Both the position numbers and the translations under genes were made by a program. From contig RSEE01000035.1 of the NCBI GenBank assembly GCA_003971905.1, positions 496,001-560,000 of the forward strand: a stretch of 64,000 nucleotides of DNA, given 5' to 3'. Below, in pieces: positions 1 to 12,575 of the stretch (positions within the stretch are counted from its first letter, which is position 1; each line of letters starts with the position of its first letter). The stretch comes from Moniliella sp. 'wahieum'. Its lineage: Eukaryota. The notes under the pieces were generated by a model that saw only the letters and a program-made list of their open reading frames with translations, was not told the DNA's origin and did no database searches.

Positions 1-433
1 GCGTAGATCGCCAGCCCTCGTCCTCGTCCTCAGCACTCAGTACTCAGTACTCAGTTCCCCTAGTCCGCGTGAGCCCTCCTTGTGCCGCGCCTCGGTCCCG
101 CCCAGTTTAGCCGCGTGTGATACTGTCCTTCGCCACGCCGCTCCCGTCTCAGCCCAGCCTCAGTTCAGCAGCGTGGGTCCTCCGCTGCCTTCCCCTTCCC
201 CGAGCCCGAAGGCTTCAGACACGCTACTGCCGCCCAAGCCGGTGCTACGCAGCCTTGCCACACTTGCAGCCGCCTCTGCTATACGCCGAGAGGCCTCTCC
301 TTGTCCCTAGCTCCGCAGCGGACCCACCAACCAGCCCAAGCGCGTAACTACCGTGAGTCGTCCTTAGGACCCCAAGGGATTGTACCCCTTAAACCCCCGG
401 GGCGGGCCCCCAGGTGGCGCCCGCCCCATGACA
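1..433 (+). mobile_element. Partial LTR (end of an LTR retrotransposon terminal repeat, truncated by the window start), same family as the solo LTR at 13939-14795
   Basis: Ends in ...CCGCCCCATGACA at 433. Positions ~22-433 align, with divergence and indels, to the reverse complement of 13939-~14270; shared blocks include GGCTTCAGACACG, AACTACCGTGAGTCG and AAGGGATTGTACCCC. Confidence 0.8.
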
Positions 434-2857
434 TCACTGTCGGAGATACTGCATTTGCAGATATGCTACGTGACTGTGGGGCGAATCTTGTCTTTACGCC
501 GGATTTGCAGACCGTGCAGAACCCCAACCCACTCCCCGGCTTCACGTCTTCAACCGTGTTGAATACCAACACCCTTGACCCACCGACACAGGAGGTCAAT
601 GTCATCAACAACCCCCTCTTCTCGTTTGACTGGTCCTTTTATGGTGACAATCCCACCGTCGCGCCGGAGCTGGAAGACAATGACCCGCTCCGAGAAATCA
701 TGTCTCTGACACCGTATTAGGTTCCTGTCCCTCTTTCGTCCTGCTCCCTCCCCCTTTTATCATCCGAGAGAAGGGGGTTGGGCTTAAAGCCTAGGCGGAC
801 TCATCCTATTCTTCCTTGGCCAATTCTCCATCATATCGCCTAGTCATCCCTGGCAGCGTATCTACCGTTCTTTCCTCTAACTTCCTGCGTGGTTTATATG
901 CTTGCCTGTGTGGTGCTTTTTGCATTGATTCTTGTTTGAAGATAAGTTTCCTCTTTTCTTACGCGCTTCCTTTATGCTCTCTGCATCTTCAACGATTGTA
1001 CGAGCTCCAATTCTCACTCCTTGAAGCTCGTCATAATACCAACGCTCACCATCTATACGATGAATTCAACGTCCCCCTCCCCCATATGGCCACGCATTCT
1101 CTTTCCCAACAGAAGCCTTTGTTGATACTGATATCTCACTCATATTGTTGCTTTTTTCATATAAAAGCAGAAGGGACGGTTCTTGCTGTATGGTAGAGCA
1201 ACAGAGATCCCTATACTGTGAGCGTTCCAAACGAAACGAAGGACAAGGCGGCGGCGGGGGATGTGTAGAATGTCAGGCCTGTCAGGCTTGAATTGTGAGA
1301 AACTTCGAGCTCTCGCAACGTGCTGAACGCGTTCAGATCTACATATGTATCCGTGCGGGGCCTGTGGCGCCCTTCCTCGACGGCGTAACAACCGCCTCTT
1401 AGCTGTTCCCAAGACCGGTTGGTGAGAACCGCGCACAGAAAAAGCGCCATCCTCAAATCGTCTCTGATGCTCTCTTCGGTGTGGGCGGCACAGGGCGGTA
1501 CCTGCGGCACCCGTCGCCTCTCCAAAACCACTTGTCCCCATGGTCATCGGTCACATGGCACCTGTAAGATCTAGGACCGACGTTGGCCCGAGCGCCCAAC
1601 GCACTCAGCCACATGTCATAAATGTCACATGTCACAGATCTTAATGAGAGCTTACGCGCTTACATGCTTAATGCTTGCGTGTGTTGGTACCATACACTAA
1701 CATAAATCATTTCTTCGTTTGATCTCGATTCACGTTTCGATTACCACGGCTCTTACAGATCCCGGCGTTGCGTGCCTCTCTGACCAGATAACACAATCCA
1801 CTGCCAGCCCTGTTAAGCGCTGGTGCCCGCGGCGTGGGTCCTAGCGATCTGGATTAGAGTTCCTACTTCGGATTTTTCGGCACAGCTATAATATAAGGAT
1901 CACTCATCGACATCAGTCTCTCTCTCGATATTCAGTTCCTAAGTTAAAGTACTTGCACTGCATATCCATACAGGGACGGACCGGAAACGGTTCGCCCACA
2001 TGCCACACCAGAGACTCACACTGTCAGCGATGGTTCATCCTCATCCGTTGTTACGTGTTGGCGGCACTACCTCATACCACCCAAATTAGCAGTGGCCAAT
2101 AACTGTGTGGCGCCGGCAGGCCCCCCTTGGCGGTTCAGTTCAGCTCAGCCGCTCAGCGCGCTCACCCCCGCCCCGCTCGTCTCAATTTCATATTCACAGA
2201 AGCGCGAGCGGGGAGTAGGATGAAAACGTATATTGATGAACGTGGTGAACTAATACAAGCGATGGGCGATCGAGATGACGGCGCCATCCAGCCTTTCAGG
2301 CCTCGGCCGCTGACCGCTGACCGCTGAAAGCAATTTCCAACAAGATCCTTTGACCTGAAATCTCCTGATGAGGTACTATCCGCTAGCCACTGTTACCATC
2401 AGTTTCTTGGGGATAATATTGGGCACAAGTAGTAGTAGTATGCGCGTGTTGCTGTACTGTGGGTAATATGCATGGGAGTCTCGTCCAAATACCCCGAAGT
2501 GCGATTAGTTATCGTTGTTTGCAGTCCGCAATATTCGTTTGGTGCTCCGTGGACGAGAGTAAAGTGAGCAACCGCGCATCATCCTGGAGAAAGCGTAGAT
2601 ATATGTACTTTGTAGTAGGCTTATCCATGTGACAAAAAGGTCTCTCACTTCTCACTGAAGCCGTCGCTTCGACGAATCTGGTGACTTTGTATGCAGAGAG
2701 GAAGGGATCATCATCAATCCCCCTTTTAGTGCCATAACTAGCCCCCCTCCCCCTTCCACACAATACGTATAGTACCGAGAACGAAGCATGTGGGGCGCAA
2801 AGTATGTGCTACGACTTTCCATTTCTTCTCGCCCTTCCACCTTCTACCACCCTTACG

Positions 2858-2992
2858 AATTTACAACTCACGTCGATTATGCTGCAAGCCTCAGTTACTC
2901 TCAGGAGGGCTTGCTCTTCTTTAGGACTCCATCTGACTCCGCTTACTACAACACGTCGAGTGTGGTAACGCCACCGGGAACAACATTACCCC
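2858..2992. repeat. Diverged dispersed repeat, copy 1 (copy 2 at 53027-53144); probable transposon relic
   Basis: TTAGGACTCCATCTGACTCCGCTTAC...TCGAGTGTGGTAACG here matches TTAGGACCCGTCTGATTCCGCCTAC...TCGAGTGTGGTAACG at ~53075-53122. Confidence 0.6.
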
Positions 2993-3802
2993 GGAGCTCC
3001 GGGACTCCTTCAAAGTAGTGTCTGACGGCCTATGTATACGCGGCTCCTGCCTTAGAGGGTCTGAGCTACTGCCCTTGCACGCCGGTAGCCACCCAAACTA
3101 GAGGGTCTCTCCCTTGCCTTATACCCACTCGGTTCAACGGTTCAACGTTCAACCAGGATCTCTGAAGCAGGACCTAATAACGTACGTGGCTCCGATTGGC
3201 CGTCCAAGGGTTTGTGCCCCTAAACTATAGGGCGGTGGGTCGCACCTCGGGCCTCCATGGCACACTCCGGGCACCTTGTTTTCAATATCGGCATTCTGGA
3301 GATAGTCGTTTTGCTTTTGCCAACACGTCATCCATCAGATGATTCTCACATGAATATCATGAATCTAGTCGCGGTACCTATATAGATGCTTTTTGTGGGT
3401 TGGAACCGTCGGTAATCTACACCGAGCGATCTCGTCCGTATCCAGTTTCTCTGTTACGCAAATAGTCATGCCAATCTTGGTGCATATGCCGTCCGGGAAC
3501 GTCAAAACCGTTACAATAAGCAACCATGGTCGCGGTTCATTCTCAGCGCTGGATGAGGTGAACCATGCAGCGGAGAACTATGGAACGCGAAGTATGGAAC
3601 AATAGATTAAGGACCGACATGACGGCATTTGAATCACTCTCAGGCCAGGCCATAGGCCTGATAGTCTCATTTAGGACATCAATGGTAGGTGAGTGAGAAT
3701 GTCCATTAGTCCATCCCGGTATACAGATAGGACGTGGATGGAGAACTTTTTCCTTGACGCGAACGAGTGATGCCATCCATGGCAGTCAAACGCTGCCTTC
3801 CC

Positions 3803-4729
3803 TCAGATTTCCCCGTACAGTTCCGTGCGCCGCTGCGACCACAATGGCATCTCCGCCTGTCGAAGCCAAATGGCTCAGATCAATGTTGGCCAGGCAAAGG
3901 CTGGGCGGCAGGGGGCATGTCGGAACATTGGGCCATCACCGTGCCAAAGGGATCGATGGCCATCGCATGACCCCATGAGGTCCGAGCCGTGCCTTCATGT
4001 TGCCCTACACAACGTCACACCCTACATGTTCAGTAGTTATCCAAGTGGGTGTGAAATCAAGAGGAAAAGAGGGACGCACCTACTTGCGCAGCACCAGGAC
4101 GTAGCACTGCGTCTCAACCGCCCGTGCACGCAGCAAAGCTCCCAATGGGCTGCACCCGTGCGAACGGTAAATGCCGAAGGATAGGTCAGGATCTCGGCCC
4201 CCTTGCGTCGGAGGTAGATGGAAGACTCGGGGAAACGCAGGTCGTAGCAGGTCAAAGGTCCAACTGCCCCACCGGGGATTGTACCACCTGGCTGGGCATT
4301 TCGCCTGGGATGGTGGTATTGGACTCCAATATGGTCAGTCCGCCTGCAATGTCCACGTCGAACAAGTGCAATTTGCGGTACCGCTGCACCTCTTTCCCAT
4401 CGGGCCAACCAGTAGCTGGTAGTAGCACGCGCTTGCGCCGCCTCAGTCCTGACCACGCTCTCTGGGTCGACTGGTGGCTCATGGATACCGACGGATACAA
4501 CACCTTGTGAGCCAGCGCTGCATCACGCATCGCTTGGACAAAAGAAGCGTTGGCGTGAGACCGAGCCAGGGATGGAACAATGCCGTGGGGGCGCGATGAA
4601 ATCGGTTGCCTCGGGGAGAAGACGGCCTTGGCGCGGCTTGCGACGCATGCTGGATCAGCCCCACAGCCGCGGCCGCGTTGAGGCCACATTGCCCCCACTG
4701 TTCATCTGACACACAGCAGCCAACCACAT
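3803..4729 (-). CDS. NIT2: Nitrilase-superfamily amidase, Nit1-type (deaminated glutathione amidase; yeast NIT2 / mammalian NIT1-like); several frameshifts
   Basis: Stitched across frames: [11 protein letters not shown]..AKAVFx[82 protein letters not shown]. The E-K-C triad motifs are present. Intron 4005-4079 (GTGCGT..TAG). Confidence 0.9.
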
Positions 4730-5060
4730 ACTGGGATCGATGGTGTCCGTGGAGGACGCTCAACGAGTGGTGGGCAGGAGGAGCTGGCTATCTGTCCGCG
4801 GGGAACCAACGGACCCCGGACCCACCAAGCAGATAAGCGCTGAGCGATGGCCGATGGCCGATCGATGATTGTATCAACAACATTTCAAAACCAGCTGCTG
4901 CCGAGCCGGCGCACATGCTGGAAATGTTCACATTTGGTCGTGGGCGACGTTCAAATTGCTGCGGCCAACCTAGGATATACGCAACCCACTTTCTTTCGTC
5001 GCGCAGGTGGTGGTTTGCGTCCGGGTAGCCTCTTAGGCCAGGCAGACAACACGATCCAAG

Positions 5061-5678
5061 ATGGCTACGGTGCAGACGATCCCAAGGAGGCCGCTGCTGT
5101 TGCCGCCCCCAAGGGCGCGGTTCCTGCTGTTTGGCAAATACGATGTGCAGGACGTGGAGGTGAAGGACCTGTCGCTCCAAGACTACATCTCGCTCCGCAA
5201 CGCGGTCTACGTGCCGCACACTGCTGGCCGGTACGCCAGCAAGGCCTTTAAGAAGGCGTCGATGCGATTGTTGAGCGTCTGGTCGATGCGCTGATGATGA
5301 ACGGTCGCAACAACGGCAAGAAGCTCATGGCTGTGCGCATTGTCGCCCACGCGTTCGAGATCATCTCGCTCTTGACGGACCAGAACCCGATCCAGGTGTT
5401 GGTGGACGCGATCATTAACACGGGCCCTCGTGAGGACTCGACCCGGATCGGCTCTGGCGGCACGGTCCGCCGCCGCAGGCTGTCGACGTGTCGCCGCTCC
5501 GCCGCGTCAACCAGGCCATCTTCTGACGATTGGCACGCGCGAGTCTGCGTTCCGCAACGTCAAGTCTATCTCGGAGTGCCTTGCGGACGAGCTGATCAAC
5601 GCCGCCAAGGGATCCTCCAACTCGTACGCCATCAAGAAGAAGGACGAGCTGGAGCGTGTGGCCAAGAGCAACCGTTAA
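5061..5678 (+). CDS. RPS5: 40S ribosomal protein S5 (uS7); several frameshifts
   Basis: [112 protein letters not shown]. Confidence 0.97.
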
Positions 5679-7233
5679 TGCCCTCAAGTAATATACCACA
5701 CGAGGTGGCGGGAGCGCCAATGCCTCCCCGTAATCGCTTGTTGATCCTGGCTACGCTTGCACCCCACCGGGGTGCCCTGCTGCTTGCATTCGCTGCGCCT
5801 GCCCTGCTTTGTTCCCATAGTGCATCCGGGAACACGGCGGGCTCCATGTCCCTGACCTTAGGCACCCACTGGCGCTGCCACCGGCGTTTGTTTGTGTACT
5901 GTACCCCCACCCGTGTACCTGCTCCTGGTACGCCTGATGCAAAAAAAAAACCTTTGGAACGCATACTTTCGGACCACATAGCCTCCCCTTGGAGAAGATA
6001 GGGAAAGGCGTTATATTGGCCGCTTTGGCATGTTACTGCCCTGTGTGTATGCGTGAAGCAGATGCTAGTGTGAGACGGGGGTTTCCACTTGATGGCATTC
6101 CAAAGCGAAGGATGTAAGCGCTAAGCCTTCAGAGTTCCTCCCAGTCTCCCCAATCTTGCCGGCATTCTCAGCCTCATCAACGCTACACTCACTGAGGAAC
6201 CCAGCAGGGGCAGGCAGTGTTCATTTGCAATGTGGACGATACTCTACTTGTATGCCTGATGCCTGGCGATAGCGACTGGAGGAGGATGGGTACCTCGAGC
6301 ACCTCGGAGACAGGAAACACCGAGGCGCAGCGGAATATGAATTGCGAGCCAGCTTCTGGTTGCTCTGGGTTAGGGGGACCAGGGACAGGGGTGCCCAGTG
6401 GGTACGCGGGGGATCGCCGGTGATCTTTTCCAGTGACTAGTGGGCGCTGGTGAGAGTGTCGCGAGTGCCTGTGACATGTGACATGTGCATGTGAGCGATG
6501 CAGTGTGCGACACGCTACAGTCGGGCCGAGCAGAGACAGGCAGATGCGCCACTGCCGCTGGAACAATATATGTACGGCAATGATTAATGAGAAGCGGCTC
6601 AGGAAGCCTGCGCGTAGCGCGGTGTGAGGGCTGGTGCGACCTGGCCAGCATTTTGCCTTCTAGTTTGGATCGAGAGGATTGGGCACACTGCCCCCGTGCG
6701 AACGCCTCTTTCAGCCACGTTTGCCACCCGGCCGCGTTGGTTAGCCGGTTCGCCCAGCCCTGATTGCCCGGCAGCACCAGGCCAGTGTCTGCAACATGAA
6801 TATTGATATTACTCGGTAGCGTTCCATAGTCCATGTTCTGAGGGCCGGCACAGTGCCAGTGCCCGGAAGCTTCTTCCCGGGCAGGCCACTGCAGCAGTGT
6901 CCGCCGTATTTGCCCGTGCAGGGGAAATAAAATTACGCATGCTGCATGCAGCCTGGGGCCTGAGGCAGCCAAGGAACCGTCCCGGTCACCGGCCGATCTG
7001 CAGCGCTAACGCTGAGACGCTGCGGCTCAGCACTACAGGCACCCCCTTCTTCCTCGCATGGCGCCAGTCGCGGCAGCGCGCTTGCCCAGTCCAGCCGTAC
7101 CTGCCCATAGACTAGAGTCTCAATCCAAGCCCAACCCAGTCCTCGCAACCTGGTATCGCCCCCTGTCGTTGTGCGCCCTGCTGTGCGCTCCACACCCCCC
7201 GCTTGCTCCCTCTCGCCTCCCCACCACCATCCC

Positions 7234-9192
7234 ATGGCGTACCGGGAAAGCGGCCCGTCGGTCCTGTGGGGACTCAACCAGTTCCTGCCTGACCAGGACG
7301 GCTCGCGCCCCCAGCCGCCGAGCCAGGCGCTTGCTCCCAACCCGTCTGCTGCCCACACTGCCGCCGCCAGGCTTCACGCGTCGGCTCCCAGCCCCACCTC
7401 ATTCCACCTCGACGCCATGTCGCCTGACACGGCCCACTTCACTGACCAGCTCGCTCTCTGGACCAATGCCTCCTTCTCCTTCGATGGCCCCACAGGCCAT
7501 GCCCTGATGGCCGACGAGGACAAGGAAAAGGAAAAGACCAAGGAGGAAAAAACGAGGGGACAATGCTACCGTCTCCCCCTCGTCTCTCCCCCTTCCATTG
7601 GCCCCGACCAGGAGGGCTGCGGTGAACGGGAGCTTCGCTTGGACCGTGCGCGCGCGCGGTACAGCTACGCCCCGTCGCGTCCTGTCCAGCAGCCTGCGTC
7701 TGACCCCCTTGCTCTCCGTCGGCACCGACGGAGCGCGCACCAGCCGGAACCAGACAATGGCACCGCAGGTGCTTAGCAACTTTTCCGGGTCATCGGTGGG
7801 CTCAAACGGTGCCTCTCCTCAGCCTGCTCCTTCCCAGTCGTCTCAGTCAACCGCACCCCACGTCCTTCAACAGCAACTCCTCTCGGCCCTGGGAGTCAAC
7901 CCGCTTGCGCTCCTTCCGTTGAGCCAGCTTCTCTCCTCCCTGGGTGCGTTGGGGGGTTGACCAATCTGTCTGGTTTGGGTGGGCTGAACCAACTGGGTGG
8001 GTTGGGCGCATTGGGCGGACTTGAGAACTTGCCCGCCTTGCAGAATCTTCAAGGTCTTGGGGCTTGTTGGTCAAGAACATCAAGGCCAGCCCATTGGCCA
8101 TCCAGCTGCCCAAGGGCAGGCGCCGCAGCCCCAGACTCAGGCTCAGACCCAGGCCAGCCTCTGCGTCCCTTGTCCAAACACTGCAGGGATGCAACAGCCT
8201 GCGCCCGTGCCCCAAGCGCAGCTGGTAAGCCAATTGCAGCCACCGGTTCAGCCGAGGAGCCCAGGTCTGGCCCTACAGGCCCCCGGTCCGCACCCTTCTC
8301 CCCTCGTGCACCAACCGACGCCCAACCAAGATTGGCTGCAACAAATGCTGCGTACATCCTTGCAGCCAACGTGCGGCTGCACCCCCAACCCCGCCTACGC
8401 TACCTACGGCGGCGCCGGTGGCTGCCGCCCCCACGGGTCCGGCTTCCACTCTCGCCTCACCCCTGCCTCGGTCCTGGCTACCTCGGGCACACCAGCGCAC
8501 GGCCCAGCTTCGGTCCTGGACCCACCCCCTGCTACTCCAGCCAGCTCGGCCCACGGACCTAGCCCAGCCCGTCCGCCCCCGCCCCTGGACCTGCCCCCAA
8601 GAAAAAGCGGGGCACGTCCCGAGCCGGTGCGGCGAGTAAGCCTACCTCTCCAAAGGGCGGGGGACTTGCCTCCGGCGTTGGGCAAACGAGGGAGCCAAGG
8701 AAGCGCCAGCGGAAGTACGGCCGCCCACCGTGCCGACATTGATTCCTCTACCATCCCGCCGCTTGTGCTGGTTGACACGGGCAATCCCGAAGCCGATGCG
8801 GAAGCCAACCGACTTGCGATCGAGGAGGACAAACGGCGCGCAACACCGCGGCCAGCGCACGGTTCCGGTTCAAGAAGAAGCAGCGCGAGGCGGCGCTCGA
8901 GGCGGACCACAAAGAGCTGCGCGACCGGGTGGAGGAGTTGGAGGTGGAGAATGCCAAGTTGCACACGGAGAATGGCTGGCTGCGCTCCTTCTTCACGGAA
9001 TCCAACCTGGCCCAGGCCCAGGGTTCATTCTCTACCCCGCCCGGCTTGGTGATGGAGAACCCTTCGGCAACGCCCGCTTCCCCGATTGGTACGGCACGCC
9101 CTTACACACAGCGTGCCTCGCCCTCCGTTCTGTCTCACCCTGAGCCCAGCGAATTCACTCGCGCCAGCCACAAGCGCTCCCGGGAGAACTGA
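7234..9192 (+). CDS. metR: bZIP transcription factor, MetR/Cys-3-like (sulfur regulator family); several frameshifts
   Basis: N-terminal DQLALWTNASFSFD motif and a Q/P-rich middle. The C-terminal basic region reads RLAIEEDKRR(R)NTAASARFRFKKKQREAALE across an indel, followed by the zipper LRDRVEELEVENAKLHTENGWLRS. Confidence 0.8.
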
Positions 9193-9520
9193 TTTGACTA
9201 CCCGTCCTTACCTTTCTCCTCCCCCCTTCCCTCTTTCCCCCCTCCTGTATCATGAGTTCATGCCCACTCCAGTTCGGTACTCCAACGGACCGACTGAAGC
9301 GATACCCCACCCTCCAACAGGCGGGTTCTGAGCGAATTCACCCGCCAGCCACATGCGCACCCGGGAGGACTGATTTGACTACCGTCCTTTCCTTCCGTTC
9401 TCTCTCTTTCTCTCCCTTTCCTCTCTCTCTCCTCTTGCATCATGAGCTCACGCCCACTCCAGTTCGGTACTCCAACGGACCGACTGAAGCGATACCCCAC
9501 CCTCCAACAGGCGGGTTCTG
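9148..9520 (+). repeat. Tandem duplication (9148-9330 and 9331-9520) covering the bZIP C-terminus, stop codon and 3' UTR
   Basis: Both units start AGCGAATTCAC and end in an identical ~69-nt block GCCCACTCCAGTTCGGTAC...GCGGGTTCTG. Confidence 0.92.
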
Positions 9521-11019
9521 CTTTGTGACTGCGATCACGGTCTTGTTTTGCTTCCCGCTCCCATGCCGCTGCCAGTGGTCCTTTCCCTGGTGCTGGCTTG
9601 AGAGTGCAATGGAATAATTAGAATCAAAGTACCACGTATGAGCACTGCAGTGTGCTGGGGAGGACGGCAGCCCTAGAAGGTTATTGTTTGGTAGCTATAC
9701 TATGGAGGGTTAGGACGAGGAAAACTACGACGGGTGCTGTGAGACCAGTACTTGGGTGAGGAAAGGAATAACCCGATTGATTCAACCCGATCCAGGGAAG
9801 AAATGTTCCTCGCAGAACTACGATCCATACCTAGAAAGAGGGCATGGGATCAACTCATACCGCAAGTCCAACGTGGGGGAAGGAGCTTCCCAACCCTGCG
9901 CCCTGACCGGCGGGATAGGGTCATCAGGGTGGGCTGCCCCCTCCCTCCAAAGAGAGAAGAGGGCAACAAAGAAGCCTCCGTCCCACGCCGTTCTTCTTCC
10001 ACGATCGTAACAGCCAGAGGACCATTGAGGGAACAAAAAATGCCCCGGTCCAAAGCTTGACATGATGGTGGGGAAAGGGAACTGACAAAAGAAAAAAGAA
10101 GATAGAAGGAGCCAGTGCCTACGCACGAGGCAAGAGCAGAGGAGCAAAGGGGACAAAGATGGATGAGAGTCCATTGTTAGTATGTTTGTCTTAGCATGCG
10201 CACTCCTCAGTCCTGATGTCGGAGGGCAAGAAGGTGAGGTGGATAAGGAAGAGCAGGCGGGATGGAGGAAAGAGGAAGAAAATTCCTGTTGCGGGAAAAG
10301 ATAAATAAGCTACCCTGGCCATTCCGCTGGGGCGGAATGCGAAAAAAGTGGAGTTTGCGCTGAGCATTCCAGCGGCGGAGCCTTTCTTGAAACATTTCAC
10401 CACTGGAACCATCTTCTCTTGGAGGTCAGCTTGACCGCTGAGGCGCTGAGGCCTGCTCAGGCGCTCAGGGCTGGCTAAGGCTCAGCCGGTCTCTCGGACT
10501 GCCTCGCCTCCACTTTCAAACCAGACGGAATCGAAGCGCGAATGCCCCTGAGGTTCAGGACGTTCAGGATGCAGGTCCCCCTCAGGCAGGCGACGGCGGC
10601 TCAAGAGGTAGGCTGTGGCCGGCTATTTTGGCGGGCAAGGGAGAGACGGGGCCTAGACATACATTGCACGGGTAGCCAGTCGTCGAGTCACTGGAGTCCA
10701 GACACTAGTCACCAGCGCAACACAACGGAGCCACGCAAGGAAAGGTGGATGTACATATTTCGAGCGAGCGACGGGAATAGGCCTGGGAGGGAGCGACTGC
10801 GTTGGTCCACCGATCCCAACGAGAACAACGCCCAAGAGGGTATCAAGAGGGTGTGAGGACGAAGAGGAAGAACGGGAAAGGACAGGGGAGAGTGCAGCCA
10901 GCGGCGCTGGTTGCGGTGAGTGGGGCAGGCAGCACGAGAGAGACACTTGACAAACGGCACCAAGTCGGCCGGGACAAGAAAAGGTCGTGCCAAGAACCAG
11001 GGGGGCGCAGACCCAGCAT

Positions 11020-12575
11020 TCAAGGCACCCACAGCTTGACCGACAAATCCACCGATCCTGTCGCCACCACATTCACCGTCCTCCTCGTGTCAGACGAGCC
11101 ATTGGCCGCCGCTCCGTTCCGCCCATCGGCAGGCACATCGGGTGCCGCCCCCTCCACTTTGGCCCGACCCCAGGCGACCGTAGTAATAAAATGGGAGTGG
11201 GCTTCCAGTGTGCGGGTAACTCGGCGGCCTGACGCCAAATCCCATACCTTCATCGTCTTATCATCCGACACCGAGATGAGGAACTTGCCATTGGGGGCAA
11301 ATACCAACCCCCGGACCCAATTGTCATGTCCTTGAAGCGTCTTGAGACAAACACCGCTTCGGGTGTCCCAGATCTTGATCGTCTTGTCCCGGCTGCCTGT
11401 GGCAGCGAAGAGACCGGGTTGTCGTTCCTTTGTCTGCAGGTCAGAGTTAGTCACTGGTTACTGCTCAGGGGGCTAAGGGAGAGAAGACGTACCACTGGCA
11501 TACCCGCCAGCTCACATAGGGCTGGATACGCAGTCACGGGGGCAAATACTGCCACCTCGACCACGTGCTCGTGTCCGCGGAGCTCATTTTTGGTATCTCC
11601 TGTAGTTGGATCCCACGTACGGGCGGTCTGGTCGTTGGAAGCGCTGATGAGCATTCTTCCATCTTCCGAGGGACTCAACCAGCGCACCCATTCCGAGTGA
11701 CCAGTTAAGGTGCGCGTGCAGAATCCACTGGCCACCTCCCACACTCGGATTGTCCGATCCCGACTGGCGCTGGCCAAGTAGGTGTCACCGGGGAGAAACT
11801 TGACGCTGGAGATGCTATGGTCATGACCATAAAGCGTCTTGACTGTCTTCCACTCGTTGTTGGTATCCCAAAGGCGAATGGTAAGGTCAGAGGAGCAAGA
11901 TGCTGGAAGATCAAATCAACTGTCAGTCCTTCCCGTTCATAGAATAGAGCAGCCAGCAGGAGAGAGAACGGGCTACTGACCCAAAAAGTTGCCCTTGGAG
12001 TCAAAGTCCACATCTTGGACGGGTTTGGTGTGGCCCTTGAGCGTACGCTCAAACTCGCCCGTCTCCCAGTCCCACACTTTGATCGTCGCATCTTCCGAAG
12101 CCGAGACAAGGAGAGAAAATACGGGGTGAAACGTGACGCGGGTCACGGGGCTGCGGTGCGAGGAGAGCGAATAGCGGGCGGGCATACGGGGCGTCCAGTC
12201 GGCCTGAGACGCCGAGCGGCGGGTACCAGCCGGGGTCGAAGCAATCTCTTGCATCAACGCTGCGTTCTTGGCCTCCAACTCCATAATCTTCTTTTGCAGC
12301 CTAATCACGCTCGTCCACTTCTTCTCCAGTAGACCAGCATACTTGGCTTTGGAGTCAACAACAAAGTCGTCTTGCTCCGTCTCCATGGCCAATGCCTGGA
12401 ATGAAGCAGTAAGACCATTGGTCTGAAAGTAATCCAGAATGGAGTGGTTCCTGTTCAAGAGAGAGTAACGCGGGAAGGAAGTCAATACGCAGGCACGATT
12501 TGCAGTTTTGCGAGTGAAGCTGCGGCAGACGTACAGCTCTTCCTTCTGACGTTGGGATAGTAGTGAGCGTGACAT
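11020..12575 (-). CDS. LIS1: LIS1/NudF/Pac1 dynein regulator (LisH + coiled coil + WD40 repeats)
   Basis: [85 protein letters not shown]. Introns 12451-12534, 11903-11980 and 11434-11492; the frame is intact after splicing. Confidence 0.97.

Noticed and set aside
1140..1547. Minus-strand ORFs as a gene
   Set aside because: Short, stop-interrupted continuation with no recognisable motif.
5061..5678. RPS5 and other frameshifted genes as true pseudogenes or programmed frameshifts
   Set aside because: Amino-acid sequence is well conserved, no nonsense codons were seen, there are several indels per gene and no consistent slippery motif. Assembly error is more parsimonious.
9706..9714. AGGGTTAGG (minus strand CCTAACCCT) as a possible telomerase RNA template
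   Set aside because: A 9-mer in any permutation or strand is expected about 3 times by chance in 64 kb, and no supporting structure was seen.
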